Below the pieces are notes generated by a model. That model searched no databases. It saw only the letters and a program-made list of their open reading frames with translations, and was not told the DNA's origin. A stretch of 64,000 bases of DNA from Octopus sinensis (taxonomy: Eukaryota), in contig NC_043011.1 in assembly GCF_006345805.1 (NCBI RefSeq), positions 3,410,001 to 3,474,000 on the forward strand, read 5' to 3'. Every line of letters starts with the position of its first letter. The first letter of the stretch is position 1. Positions 1-11,946 of the stretch are shown in pieces. The translations under genes were made by a program, and so were the position numbers.

Positions 1-885
1 TTTAGCAGTAACATGGACAGCTTCAATGTGATTTCTTTCCAGAATTCTATCAATGGTTCAATAATGGCTGGATTTAGAACTGAAATGAAAGGAAGGAAAA
101 AAAATGCAGAAAAAATAAATAAGATAAATCAATTTAAATCGAAGGATGCAACTAAATTTAAAATAGTAGGCAATCAAGGGAGAAATATGTAAATAGTGTG
201 CTAAGAATTACAATTGGCAATCTGAAGTTGAGACAGAGATAGAAGTTTATAGGCATACTAGTATATCCATACCATCAAAAATGGCAGTTATATATTCATC
301 ATTTTTTTTTTTTCAGTTTTGAAAGAATTAAGCTGAAAATAGTATTTGATAACTGCATCATCATGACATACATTCCATTTATTTGATAAAGATTTATATA
401 GTAAAAGTAATTAAAGTTTTATTGAAAATGTTTTGGAAGTCCACATTCAAAGAGAATTAAATATGAGGGAAAGTTAAATATAAAATGTTTTTACATTTTA
501 TGGAGTTGAAAACAATAAAATTGTCTTTTAAGATTTCTCCAACAATAATTCTGTTAAATTACTGGTGAGCATCTGCCATCAAAAACGACTGCATTTCAAA
601 TATATATTTAAAGTTATTCATATTAATGACTGATGCCAAAAAATGCAGAATAATTCTACAGAGCTTATTGTTCACAGTCTTGTTACTTTGGTTCATGTGA
701 ATCATATTACTGACAACATCCATTGGAAATTATGCTCCTTAAAAGGGGCTGAACCCATAACCTTATTTTAAATTCTACTACAAAACGTTGGGATAAAAAG
801 TTGTATAAACAGTATAAATAAACAATTTAGTGGGACAGAAAAGATATGTAGGTGCAGAAAAGATATGTAGGGGACAGAAAAGATA

Positions 886-1250
886 TGTATGACTGTGTGA
901 TAAGAAGTCTGCTTCCCAACTATATGGTTCTGGGTTCAGTCCCACTGTGTGGAATCTTAGGCAGGTGTCTTCTATTATAATCTCGGGCTGACCAAAGTCT
1001 TGGGAGCAGATTTGGTTGAAGGAAACTGAAAGGAGCCTGTTGTATATGCGTGCATGTCTTTGTGTGTGTTTGTCCTCCATCACAGCTTGTCAACTGGTGT
1101 TGGTGTATTTAAATCCTGGTAATTTAGCAGTTCAACAAAAGAGACTAATAGAACAAGTACCAGGCTTTAAAAATGATATGAAGTACTGGAGTTGATTTGT
1201 TTGACTGAAATTCTTCAAGTCTAATGATTGAAACAAGAAAAAGAAAATCA
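886..1250 (+). mobile_element. SINE family A, diverged copy
   Basis: tRNA-like head (GGTTCTGGGTTCAGTCCCACTG), central GAAACTGAAAG..(GT)n and 3' AATGA(C/T)TGAAACAAG, colinear with the younger copies at 7.2, 11.9, 14.9, 23.5 and 26.5 kb. Confidence 0.8.
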
Positions 1251-1494
1251 ATATAAGATAACAAAAATCATTGGGACGAGAAAAACCCTGGAAAGAAGAG
1301 CAGAGACAAGTTTGTAAATTCTAGCTGCACAGTGTTTGCTGGTATGGAAATGACAGTGCAAACTGCCTTTACACACACCCAGGACTGAGCCACAATTGCA
1401 TGAGGCAGGACAAAAACTTCCCTCCGAAGAGAGCACAGGATAAATAAAGATACCAAAGGGGTAAAAATTGCACACCACCTGTACCGAAAGATGG

Positions 1495-1860
1495 AATGCA
1501 CCTACAACAAGAGTTACATGCAATATACGAGTCGACTGATGACAATAATATGCAATTAATGCTGGAACATTCCAGGCCCTACTCTATCAGCAGACAAAGT
1601 TAAATGTAATGCAGACAAACCATACTGGCCCTGGAAGGATTGCAGTCCCTGAAACACAATCAGTGTGTGACCTGGGCATTGACATGAGTAATGAAGCATC
1701 CTCTCATCTGTGTATTACTAAGTTGGCAAGGAAATGCAGGCAGCTGACCAGGTGGATTCATAGAACTTTCTGCACAAGAAAGCAGGAAAGCATAATAGTT
1801 CTCTGGAAGGCATTGGTCTTAAGCTGTCTTAAATATTGCTCGCAACTATGTGCACAAAAG
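1495..1860 (+). mobile_element. CR1/L2-like LINE fragment (RT C-terminal region), degenerate
   Basis: Translated pieces such as IAVPETQSVCDLGIDMSN and LVLSCLKYCSQL resemble the post-YADD region of the minus-strand LINE at 15.5-18.1 kb. Confidence 0.65.
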
Positions 1861-1886
1861 CTGCACAATTTTATGCATGAGTAAAT

Positions 1887-2127
1887 ATGGTGTGTGTGTG
1901 CATATATATGTATATATATATATACACACACGCACACATAAATATGTGTGTATATGTTGTATATATATATTATGTATATATATATACATACACACACACA
2001 CATAAATATGTGTGTATATGTTGTATATATATATATTATGTATATATATATATATATACATACATACATACACACACACACATAAATATGTGTGTATATG
2101 TTGTGTATATATATATATATTATGTAT
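1887..2127. repeat. Compound (TA)/(CA) microsatellite with a three-copy higher-order unit of about 66-70 bp
   Basis: CACACACATAAATATGTGTGTATATGTTGT recurs near 1932, 1995 and 2076. Confidence 0.85.
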
Positions 2128-5100
2128 ATCATCATCATCATCATCATTTAACGTCCGTTCTCCATGCTAGCATGGGTTGGACGGTTCGACCGGGGATCTG
2201 GGAAGCCAGAAGGCTGCACCAGGCTCCGGTCTTATTTGGCAATGTTTCTACAGCTGGATGCCCTTCATAACGCCAACCACTCCGTGAGTGTAGTGGGTGC
2301 TTTTTATGTGCCACCTGCACTGGTGCCAGGCGAGGCTGGCATCAGCCATGGTCGGATTGGTGCATTTTACGTGCCACCTGCACGGAAGCCAGTCGAGGCG
2401 GCACTGGCTTCGGCCACGATTCGGATGGTGCTTTTTACGTGCCACTGACACGGAAGCCAGTCGAGACGGTGCTGGCATCGGCCACGATTCGGATAGTGCT
2501 TTTTACGTATCTCCAGTCCAGGGGTCCTGGCATCTGCCGGGTGCCAGTCATAGGATTGGTTCAATTTCGATTCCGATTTCACTTGCCCCAACAGGTCTTC
2601 GCAAGCAAAGGGGGGTAGGCATAGGTGCCTGTCGTCGGATGAGGTTCAATATCGACTTCGCTTGCCTCAACAGGTTTTTGTGTGTCCAAGGGAGGAAAGG
2701 CATGCATAAGTGGGCTGGAATCACTTGTCCTGCCTGGTCTTATCACGCACAGCATATTTCCAAATGTCTCGGTCACTGGTCATTTCCTCAGTGAGACCTA
2801 AAGTTCGAAGGTCGTGCTTCACCACCTCGTCCCAAGTTTTCCTGGGTCTACCTCTTCCACGGGTTCCCTCCACTGCTAGGGATTGGCACTTATTCACACA
2901 CCTATCTTCATCCATTCTCGCCACATGACCATACCAGCGCACACCACAACTGATGCTCCTTAGGTCCAACATTTCTCTCAGGGTACTAACGCTCTGTCGA
3001 GTATGTACACTGACATTACACATCCATCGGAGCATACTGGCTTCATTTCTCGCAAGCTTACGCATGTCCTCAGCAGTCACAGCCCATGTTTCACTGCCAT
3101 GTAGCATGGCTGTTCGTACACATGCATCATACAGTCTGCCTTTTACTCTGAGTGAGAGGCCTTTAGTCACCAGCAGAGGTAAGAGCTCCCTAAACTTTGC
3201 CCAGGCTATTCTTACTCTAGCCGTTACACTTTCAGCACACCCACCCCCACTACTGACTTGAATAACGGAAGCTATCAACTACTTCTAGTTTTTCCCCCTG
3301 GAAAGTGACGGAAGTTGTTTTCTGCAGATTTTCAGAGGTTAATGCTCCCGAGCATCTGCCACATACAAAAACCATCTTCCTAGTTAGCCTTCCTATGACA
3401 TTGCTGCACCTCTTATGTGTCCATAGCTTACACTTGGTGCATCTTATAGTTTCTACCTACACCTATTCTACAGATCAAGCAGGGCCATCTACCTGAAGGC
3501 GTTTGTGATTTGTCTACCTTCCTACTTATTACGACTTTGGTTTTAGCTAGATTGACTCTAAGGCCCTTCGATTCTAAACCTTGCTTCCACACCTGAAACT
3601 TCTCCTCCAGTTCTGATAGTGACTCAGCAATTAGAGCAAGGTCATCAGCATAGAGGAGCTCCCAGGGGCATCCTGTCTTGAATTCCTCCGTTATTGCCTG
3701 GAGGACTATGATAAATAGGAGGGGGCTGAGGACTGAGCCTTGGTGGACCCCTACCTCTACCCAGAATTCTTCACTGTACTCGTTGCCAACCCTCACCTTA
3801 CTAGCAGCGTCCCTGTACATGGCTCGCACAGCTCTCACTAACCATTCATCTATTCCTAGTTTCCTCATTGACCACCAGATGAGAGATCGGGGGACCCTGT
3901 CGAAGGCTTTCTCCATGTCAACAAAAGCCAGGTACAGGGGCTTATCTTTGGCTAGGTATTTCTCCTGCAGCTGCCTTACCAGGAATATAGCATCAGTGGT
4001 ACTTTTTCCTGGCACGAACCCAAACTGCATCTCATCTAAACTAACTCTCTCTCTAATTAGTTGGCTTATGACCCTCTCTGTAACCTTCATCACCTGATCC
4101 AACAGCTTGATACCTCTGTAATTATTTGTATCTAGGGCATCACCTTTACCTTTGTAGCAGTTGACTATTATGCTGCTACACCAGTCATTGGGTATGACTC
4201 CTTCATGTATCACCTGATTAACTATATGGGTGACTAGGCTATAGCTGACACTACCAGATATTTTGAGCATCTCTGCAGTGATTCCTGATGGGCCTGGGGC
4301 TTTCCCTGTCTTCATGCTTCTAATTGCCTTAACTACCAAGGAACTATCAACCCTGATAGCTGGTCCCTCTGTTGGGTCAACGTTCGGCAGACTCTCTTTA
4401 TCCCATTCATTTTCTTTATTCAGCAACCTTTCATAGTGGCGTCTCCAAGCCTCTCTCTTTGCATCCTCGTTTAGCGCAAGTGAACCATCTTCCATGCGAA
4501 CACACTTCTCTCCTACCACATCACAATTCTCTCTCACACACTGTCTTGCAACACGAAACACCTCCAGTCTTTGGTCCTCACGGCACAGAACATTGGCAAA
4601 TTTTTTCTTATCTGCTTCCCCTCTGGCTAGATAGACCTGTCTCCTAGCTTCCCTTTTAGCAGTCTGATACAATTCCCTGCTACCACCATTCTTCCAGTGC
4701 TTCCAAGTCTGTCTCTTTTCTCTAATAGCCCTGTCTACAACACTGTTCCACCACCACATTACCTTGGGACGAGAGGATGACTTTGCACCAGCCACAGATC
4801 TGGTCAGTGGCTCTCAGCAGGTTGTCCCTTAGAAACGTCCAGTTGTCCTCTACCCCATGTGATACTCTATCCCCTTCTACTTCGTCAAAGGCTTCAAGTA
4901 GCATGTCCCTAAATCTCTGTCCATTCGCAGGATCTTTAAGCTTCCAGATCCTTCTTCTCCATGTTGGTCGTCTTCTGGTTGTCCTCCTAGTCCTGATCCT
5001 AAAGTCACTAACTACCAGTCTATGTTGTGGGGTACATTCTTCGCCTGGGAAGGTTTTGGCATTTATAAGTAGCCATCTCTCCCTTTGCCTGGCAAGGATG

Positions 5101-5496
5101 TAGTCAATTTGGCTGGTATGTTGGCCCGATCGGTAGGTGACTAGGTGGCTGGTAGGTTTCCTGAAGTTAGTGTTGCAAATCATAAGATTATTTGCATCGC
5201 AGAAATCCAACAGCCTGGTTCCCTCCTCGTTGCGGGAACCAAAGCCATAGCCTCCATGTACGCCATGGAAGCCCCCAGCATGTCGTCCAACGTGACCATT
5301 AAAGTCACCAGCCACAAAGAGAAGGTCTCTGTCGTTCGTCAACGAGGTAGTCTGCAGTAGAGTGTCATAGAATCGGTCTTTCTGTCCATCGGGTAGCCCC
5401 GACTGAGGAGCATAGGCTGATATAATGGTTGCTAAACTATGATGAAGCGCTAATCTAATCTTAAGTATTCTGTCGCATACTCTGATTAACTCAATT

Positions 5497-5498
<2 letters not shown>
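2128..5498 (-). mobile_element. RTE-clade LINE, 5'-truncated, ORF2 (APE endonuclease + RT) broken by frameshifts
   Basis: ORF 4722-5342 has APE motifs (AGDFNGHVG, SQIDYIL, HRLVV) and stays open upstream to about 5498. ORF 3428-4795 has RT motifs (YRGIKLL, QFGFVPG, FVDMEKAFD, GVHQGSVLSP, LYADD). ORF 2721-3278 has the RTE C-terminus (RWYGHV, GRGRPRKTW). 3'UTR ends in a (GAT)n tail at 2128-2147. Confidence 0.95.
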
Positions 5499-5536
<38 letters not shown>

Positions 5537-5877
5537 TATATATATATATATATCAAAATAATTATTTTCAGTGTAGTGCAGAAAGAAAAATAGAACTTTA
5601 AACACTAAATTTTTCTGGCATGAGGTATTTCCATATACATTTAATGTTTCAGTTTCCAATAATTCGATATATGTATGCATGTGCATGATTAAATGTTGTG
5701 TGTGACTGAATATGGCTGCATGCATTTGTGTATATGCCTGTGTATGTGTGTATGTATATTTGTGTGTATGTCTATATGGATGATGATAGATTCTTCCAGT
5801 TTCCTCATTGTTTCTATAATTAAGAGCAGAAAAATTTTCAAATTTTATTGTTACATTATAATAACCTATGACATAGT

Positions 5878-5910
<33 letters not shown>

Positions 5911-5923
5911 GTGTATATATATA

Positions 5924-5963
<40 letters not shown>

Positions 5964-6003
5964 TGTGTATATATACATGTGTATGTGTATATATATATAT
6001 ATA

Positions 6004-6053
<50 letters not shown>

Positions 6054-6105
6054 ACTTGTGATGGTATTTTGATAATACCATCCCTATATTTATTTATATA
6101 TATAA

Positions 6106-6140
<35 letters not shown>

Positions 6141-6180
6141 GTATATATACATGTGTATGTGTGTATGTATATATATATGA
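5499..6180. repeat. (TA)n/(TATG)n microsatellite blocks
   Basis: Long TA runs at 5500-5550 and 5878-6180. Confidence 0.9.
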
Positions 6181-6439
6181 GATACAAATCATATTTTGTA
6201 GTTTGAAATTAAGGAAGGTCTGTTGAGTCAAATAAGAATAGTGAGAAAGATTTTACTTATATATGCTTGTATGTCTGTACGTTTCTTAATTTATTTATTA
6301 GACTTCTGCTAATAAAAAAAGGAACTAGTTTCTAACAAAGAAGCAAAGCTTTTTTGCTGGAATTTGGATAACAAAATTAGATATTACATGCTGAACTTGC
6401 ATATTTTTACTGTTTTGCTCACAGATGATATCAGTGATT

Positions 6440-7190
6440 TCCATAATAGCCAGACTCTTTCTCTGCCAAAAATCCTAACTTTCGAGAAGCCATGTACATT
6501 TACTAACATAACCAACTACACTAATAAATAGTGATAAAGATGGGAATCTGCAATTGATATGGAAGCAGTTATCCATAAAAATTCTCCTCACTGATTTTGA
6601 AAGAGATGTACTGGGCAGCTAACTTCTATGTCTACACATTATTTTTCTTTTCTGTCCCAAATAATTATATCAGGCTTGCTATGTTTGCACTTGGAAAGAG
6701 GTTTGGTGTGAACGTTCCATCAATATTCCTTGTGTTGATATGCATGTACATGTTCAATAACCGTGGAGTGGTTTGTATTTATTCCTGGGCAGCCTTTTCT
6801 GTGGATAACATCGTATATTATCCAAGCATTAACATCATGTCACAATGGGAGGTAGAACAGTGATGACATTTTTTAGCAGCTGCTGATTACACATTGTACA
6901 TTCCCCAAAGATAGGTTATGTTATCAACATTAGATATTTTATAGCTATCTCCTGCACTTGGATGGCAAAAGCTTGACTTTTAAGACGTGATGTAATAGCC
7001 ATAAATCTAAGAAAGGTTACACTTCATGTTAATGTTATTGCTATCCTCGTATTTATGAGAAACATATCCATGCATAACCTATTTGTGATATGTAGAGTGT
7101 ACCTCTTCCAAGTCTTCTGAGTTATGCTAGTTATGCTCTTCTGGTTTCACATGAGAGATTATCAGAAAGTGAGTGCTAGTGTCTATGGAA
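6440..7190 (-). mobile_element. RLE-type (R4/NeSL/HERO-like) LINE relic, C-terminal region
   Basis: Minus-strand translation gives KCKHSKPDIIIWDRKEK*CVDIEVSCP (restriction-like PD..E endonuclease motif) and, upstream, AFAIQ.QEIA.KYL; contains stops and frameshifts. Confidence 0.7.
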
Positions 7191-7204
7191 TATCTAGCCA
7201 CATA

Positions 7205-7415
7205 TACTCTTTTACTCTTTTACTTGTTTCAGTCATTTGACTGCGGCCATGCTGGAGCACCGCCTTTAGTCAAGCAAATCGACCCTGGGACTTATTCTTT
7301 GTAAGCCCAGTACTTATTCTATCGGTCTCTTTTGCCGAACAACTAAATGACGGGGACGTAAACACACCAGTATTGGTTGTCAAGCGATGCTAGGGGGACA
7401 AACACAGACACACAA

Positions 7416-7450
<35 letters not shown>

Positions 7451-7621
7451 CATATATACGACAGGCTTCTTTCAGTTTCCGTCTACCAAATCCACTCACA
7501 AGGCATTGGTCGGCCCGGGGCTATAGCAGAAGACACTTGCCCAAGATGCCACGCAGTGGGACTGAACCCGGAACCATGTGGTTGGTTAGCAAGCTACTTA
7601 CCACACAGTCACTCCTGCGCC
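7205..7621 (-). mobile_element. SINE family A, young full-length copy
   Basis: Minus strand reads GGCGCAGGAGT..GTGTGGTAAGTAGCTTG head, B-box-like GGTTCCGGGTTCAGTCCC, internal microsatellite, (TAAAAGAG)n tail. Confidence 0.93.
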
Positions 7622-8642
7622 TATATATCAATTAAATGAGTAGGTAGTTCAGTTTATCAAACGACTGAATACTCATGGTTGAATCTGAGGAGGATCCAAG
7701 ATGTATGATCTTTGTGTGTACAGTTGCAAGGGTTGCAGAATATCTGTATATATCTGTTTGAGTGCATCTAAAGTAATGTGGTTTAAAAGTGTATGGCACA
7801 TGGGCAAGTGTCCGTGTAACAGAATGGGTGGTGTTTAGAAGTAATGATGATACAACTGGTCTGGTGTTGGCAAGTATTTCAGAGTGGGTTAAGATTGTAT
7901 TGACTAAGGTAAGGTCTTTTACTTGACAGTCAACCCTGAACCAGCAGACTTATTATCAAAGATGTTCCAGCCATGACCATCTCATCATTTGGTATATCCA
8001 GGGTTATTTAGACTGATTTATTCTTTCAATTTTTTAGACACTGTTGGATGAGTTGAGATAGATTTGGCTGTTCTTTCTAGCAAATCTAGCAAATCAAGCA
8101 ATCACAGGAAATTTTAGCTGACTAACAAATGTTGGATAAATTGAGTTGATAGAATCTGTAGTAATTAAGAAAGAGTGAGTGGCATTGTTGGAGATGGAGT
8201 GAAATGATAACAAAGAATAGACATTAAATATTTAAATGTCTCTGATGATTTATTGTTAATACAATAATAATTTTTCAGACTATTAACCACATTTTCAAAG
8301 ATGAAAACTATTTTAATATTTACATCTATACTTTGTCACAATGTGTTTAACCTCCATTTATTGTTTTATTCCTGAATATATACAGAGTATCAAACTGGGT
8401 TGAGAACCTTTATTTCTAAACTTAGGAGTATTAACACTTTTACTCACTGGGCCAGAAGGGTAATTTGACATTGAACCTTTATTTTGGACTTATTTTGACA
8501 TTGAACCCTCATCTCATTTTCCAAAAATTACCTATATTTACAAATAGTCCCTACCTCCCTCATTTTACTTAATAAAACAAAAACTGTTCTAAAGAAATAT
8601 TTATTCAGGTAAAAAAAGGGAAAGAAATATATGTAGGTATGT

Positions 8643-8802
8643 AGGTGCAAGCATGACTATGTGGTAAGAAGCTAGCTTTCCAATCACATGGTTCCAGGTT
8701 CAGTCCTACAGCATGGCACCTATAGTTTTCAACTATAGCCTCATGTTGACCAAAGGCTTGTGAGTGGATTTGACAGATGGAAACTGAAAGAAGTCTATCG
8801 TA

Positions 8803-8810
<8 letters not shown>
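8643..8810 (+). mobile_element. SINE family A, 5' half, diverged
   Basis: Head through GAAACTGAAAGAAG then a (TA)n run. Confidence 0.75.
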
Positions 8811-8841
<31 letters not shown>

Positions 8842-8967
8842 CGTATAAGATAAAACTTACTTGGAAAGGATGTGTTGTGTTCGATCATATAATAGTATAA
8901 ATAATATATAAATATATGCATATGCATACATATATGTACATACCTACATATATATGTATATATACAT

Positions 8968-9548
8968 GCATGTATGGGTACAGGACATGAAAAACCATAG
9001 ACACGAGAAAACAAAAACATAAAAACAAAAGCATAGAAAACAAACTTTATTTCTGAACAACAGAAAAAAAACAACAGAGAAACGAGACAGGCAATGTAAA
9101 GAACATTCCCCTCATCAATTGTTCATGTTTCATCTACTCCATGTTTTGAATGTAAGGACAATACGCAACTTCGTTGAAACAGTCCTTCCCACAAAGCAAG
9201 TGAGAGAAAGAAAATAGCGACGAGAGAGTCAAGGAGGAAGAGTGAGAGAGAGAGAGAGAGAGAGGAGAAACGGTGAAGAAGAGAGGAATAGGGAAAAAGT
9301 TCCAAATTTTATTTAATTTGCTTTGTGGGAAGGACTCTTTCAACAAAGTTGTGTATTGTCCTTACATTCAAAACATGGAGTAGATGAAACATGAACAATT
9401 GATGAGGGGAATGTTCTTTACATTGCCTGTCTCGTTTCTCTGTTGTTTTTTTCTGTTGTTCAGAAATAAAGTTTGTTTTCTATGCTTTTGTTTTTATGTT
9501 TTTGTTTTCTCATTGTGTCTACGTTTTTTGATGCCCTGTACCCATATA

Positions 9549-9551
<3 letters not shown>
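8968..9551. repeat. Fold-back inverted repeat, arms about 230 bp, GA-rich spacer about 118 bp
   Basis: 8968-9199 is the reverse complement of 9318-9551 with few mismatches. Confidence 0.92.
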
Positions 9552-9588
<37 letters not shown>

Positions 9589-9589
<1 letters not shown>

Positions 9590-10022
9590 GTAAAGTATAC
9601 TAGCCATCTCAATATGGCTAACCACTAAGGCTGGGTGTTACTGTAGCTTTTAGCCCCAGGAGATCATCGTCTCCAGCTGGCTTTAGGCACACTTTCTGTG
9701 CCTTATAATTTTTGCAAAGGGAGGTCATCCCTCTCTCGTAAACCTAAGTGATACGCACGGACTGCAGTTTCGAGGTATTTGCCTCTTGTCAACATACGGT
9801 AATCACCGGTTTTCGATGAAGAGAGACCTGTTTGCAAATATCTATTTAATGTTTTTCCCACTAACTACTGTCACTGATTTCAAAAAACTGTCTGCAAGTA
9901 ATAATAAATCTCTGAACGAGATGTAAACAGTAACTGCTCGACAACGTAAAGTACTGAGACGGCTAGTATACTTTACGTTGTCGAGCGGTTACTGTTTATA
10001 TCTCGTTCAGAGATTTATTATT
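9589..10022. mobile_element. Non-coding repeat with nested inverted termini and a hammerhead-like motif (Penelope pseudo-LTR-like)
   Basis: 9589-9611 pairs with 9955-9977; 9900-9953 pairs with 9969-10022; hammerhead fold at 9754-9798. Confidence 0.6.
9754..9798 (-). ncRNA. Minimal type-I hammerhead ribozyme candidate, U3-A8 core variant
   Basis: Minus strand: CGUAUG UUGACAA GAGG caaaua CCUC GAAA CUGCAG UC CGUGCG = stem I (2 GU pairs), core, stem II, GAAA, palindromic stem III, GUC triplet. Confidence 0.7.
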
Positions 10023-10023
10023 G

Positions 10024-10054
<31 letters not shown>

Positions 10055-10147
10055 CACACATAGACATATATATATATATATATATATGCACATATACACA
10101 TACATACACACATACACATATATACATACATACATAAATAAACATGT

Positions 10148-10352
10148 CTCTATGTCTGGCTTGGTCCACCCACACCCACTGCTTAACAACTGGTGTGCTT
10201 ATATTCCTGTAACTTAGTAGTTCATCAAAAGAAACCAATAGAATAAGTACTAGGCTTAAAGAAATAAGTTCTGGAGTCAATTTGTTTGACTAAATCGCTT
10301 CAAGGTGGTGCCCCAACATGGCCTCAGTCAAAAGACTGAAACAAGTGAAAGA
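10148..10352 (+). mobile_element. SINE family A, 3' half, diverged
   Basis: CTTAACAACTGGTG..AATAGAATAAGTACTAGGCTT..GACTGAAACAAG. Confidence 0.75.
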
Positions 10353-10854
10353 TACTAACATTCCTTTGAAATGTTAAATACCATTTTTGTTTTTTTTATA
10401 AAGTTTTATGAAAAGACTTCTTATCTTCTAAAGGAAAGAATTCAACTACTTTTATTTTTTGGGTGAGATAAAGTGAGAGAGATTAATTATGTGCTGCAGT
10501 CAGGGTGTCTGGGGGAAGAGAATAAATTCAACTTCTAAACTATCCAATAATGAACAAAACTACAGGTTAACAGTGATAAATGGTTCTGAAGTTAGTGGCA
10601 GAAAAAAGGTCATGCACATATTCTCATTTACACATATAAACATACAAGCAAATTATAGGTAGTGTAATTTCAAGTACTTGCTTGCACCATATATGGTGCA
10701 AGCAAGTATGTATACATTCAAGCAAGTATGTATACATGCAAGCAAGAATGTATACATTCACAGTTTCTTTCTATTTACATTCAAAATAGAAACTTTTCAA
10801 TACACACTCACATGTGCATGTATACACATACACACACACACACATATATATATG

Positions 10855-10892
<38 letters not shown>

Positions 10893-11075
10893 TATATATA
10901 TGTATGTATATATATATAATTTACAAAATAAGGGCAAACGAAAAATTCTAATGCCGAATTTTTCTTTTACCCTTATTTTATAAATTATTTATAAATTTAA
11001 CCTTTAAAGGTATCTTTTGTTATGCTGGCCATTGATAAAATGTTTTTCTCTGAAAAAATTTTGTCCTACATTAGT

Positions 11076-11114
<39 letters not shown>

Positions 11115-11120
11115 ATTGAA

Positions 11121-11503
11121 GGTGCAGGAGTGGCTGTGTGGTAAATAGCTTGCTTACCAATGACATGGTTCCGGGTTCAGTTCCACTGTATGGCACCTTG
11201 GGCAAGAGTCTTCTACTTATAGCCTCAGGCTAACCAAAGCTTTGTGAGTGAATTTGATAGACAGAAACTGAAAGAAGCCCATCAAGTGTGTGTGTTTGTG
11301 TGCCTATGTTTGTCTCCACAACATTGCTTGACAACTGATGCTGATGTGTGTACATCCCTGTAACCTAGCAGTTCAGCAAAAAAAGACCGATAGAATGAAT
11401 ACTAGGCTTACAAAGAGTAAGTCCTGGGGTCGATTTGCCTGACTAAAGGCAATGCTCCAGCACGGCCACAGTCAAATGGCCGAAACAAATAAAAGAATAA
11501 AAG
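11121..11503 (+). mobile_element. SINE family A, full-length, moderately diverged
   Basis: GGTGCAGGAGTGGCTGTGTGG head to AAAAGAATAAAAG tail. Confidence 0.9.
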
Positions 11504-11946
11504 GATATATACACACATATATATATATATACACACACACAAACACACATACACATTCCTCTATTCCCATTGAGCATACACTTTTACTAACACTACAAAT
11601 TTTTAAATTTTAATTAATATTATTTACATCTACTTCTAACATCATTGTAATTAGAAGAACCCTAAATCTTCTCTCACTGTAGTTGGGATTACAATTCTAG
11701 AACTTCATTATCTTTTTCAATCACTTTATAACCATCCTAACCCCTTCCCTACCATTCTTGCCATCTAATGACTCTGACCAATGCTGGTGGTCAGCCATGA
11801 GGTGAAAGTGGCATCTGCTATTTTTCCTCTCTTATCTGTCTGTGTGTAGATATTGCCTAACTGAGTGGTTGCCAACCCTTTTCAGGCTGCTACCCCCTTG
11901 CCCCAACTCACCACCACAAACCACTTTCTGCAGCAAATTCAAAACA

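Noticed and set aside
820-890. Three short direct repeats resembling a CRISPR array
   Set aside because: CAGAAAAGATATGTA units are adjacent with no unique spacers; eukaryotic context and no cas genes.
6422-6530. Apparent + strand terminal exon after TTTGCTCACAG
   Set aside because: Lies antisense to the RLE LINE relic, which explains the sequence.
7387-7635. Recurrent ORF MLGGQTQ..RQASFSFRLPNPLTRHW found in several places
   Set aside because: Antisense reading of SINE A, not a gene family.
9318-9470. TTGATGAG in the 9-kb fold-back as a hammerhead core
   Set aside because: No stem II-GAAA-stem III follows it.
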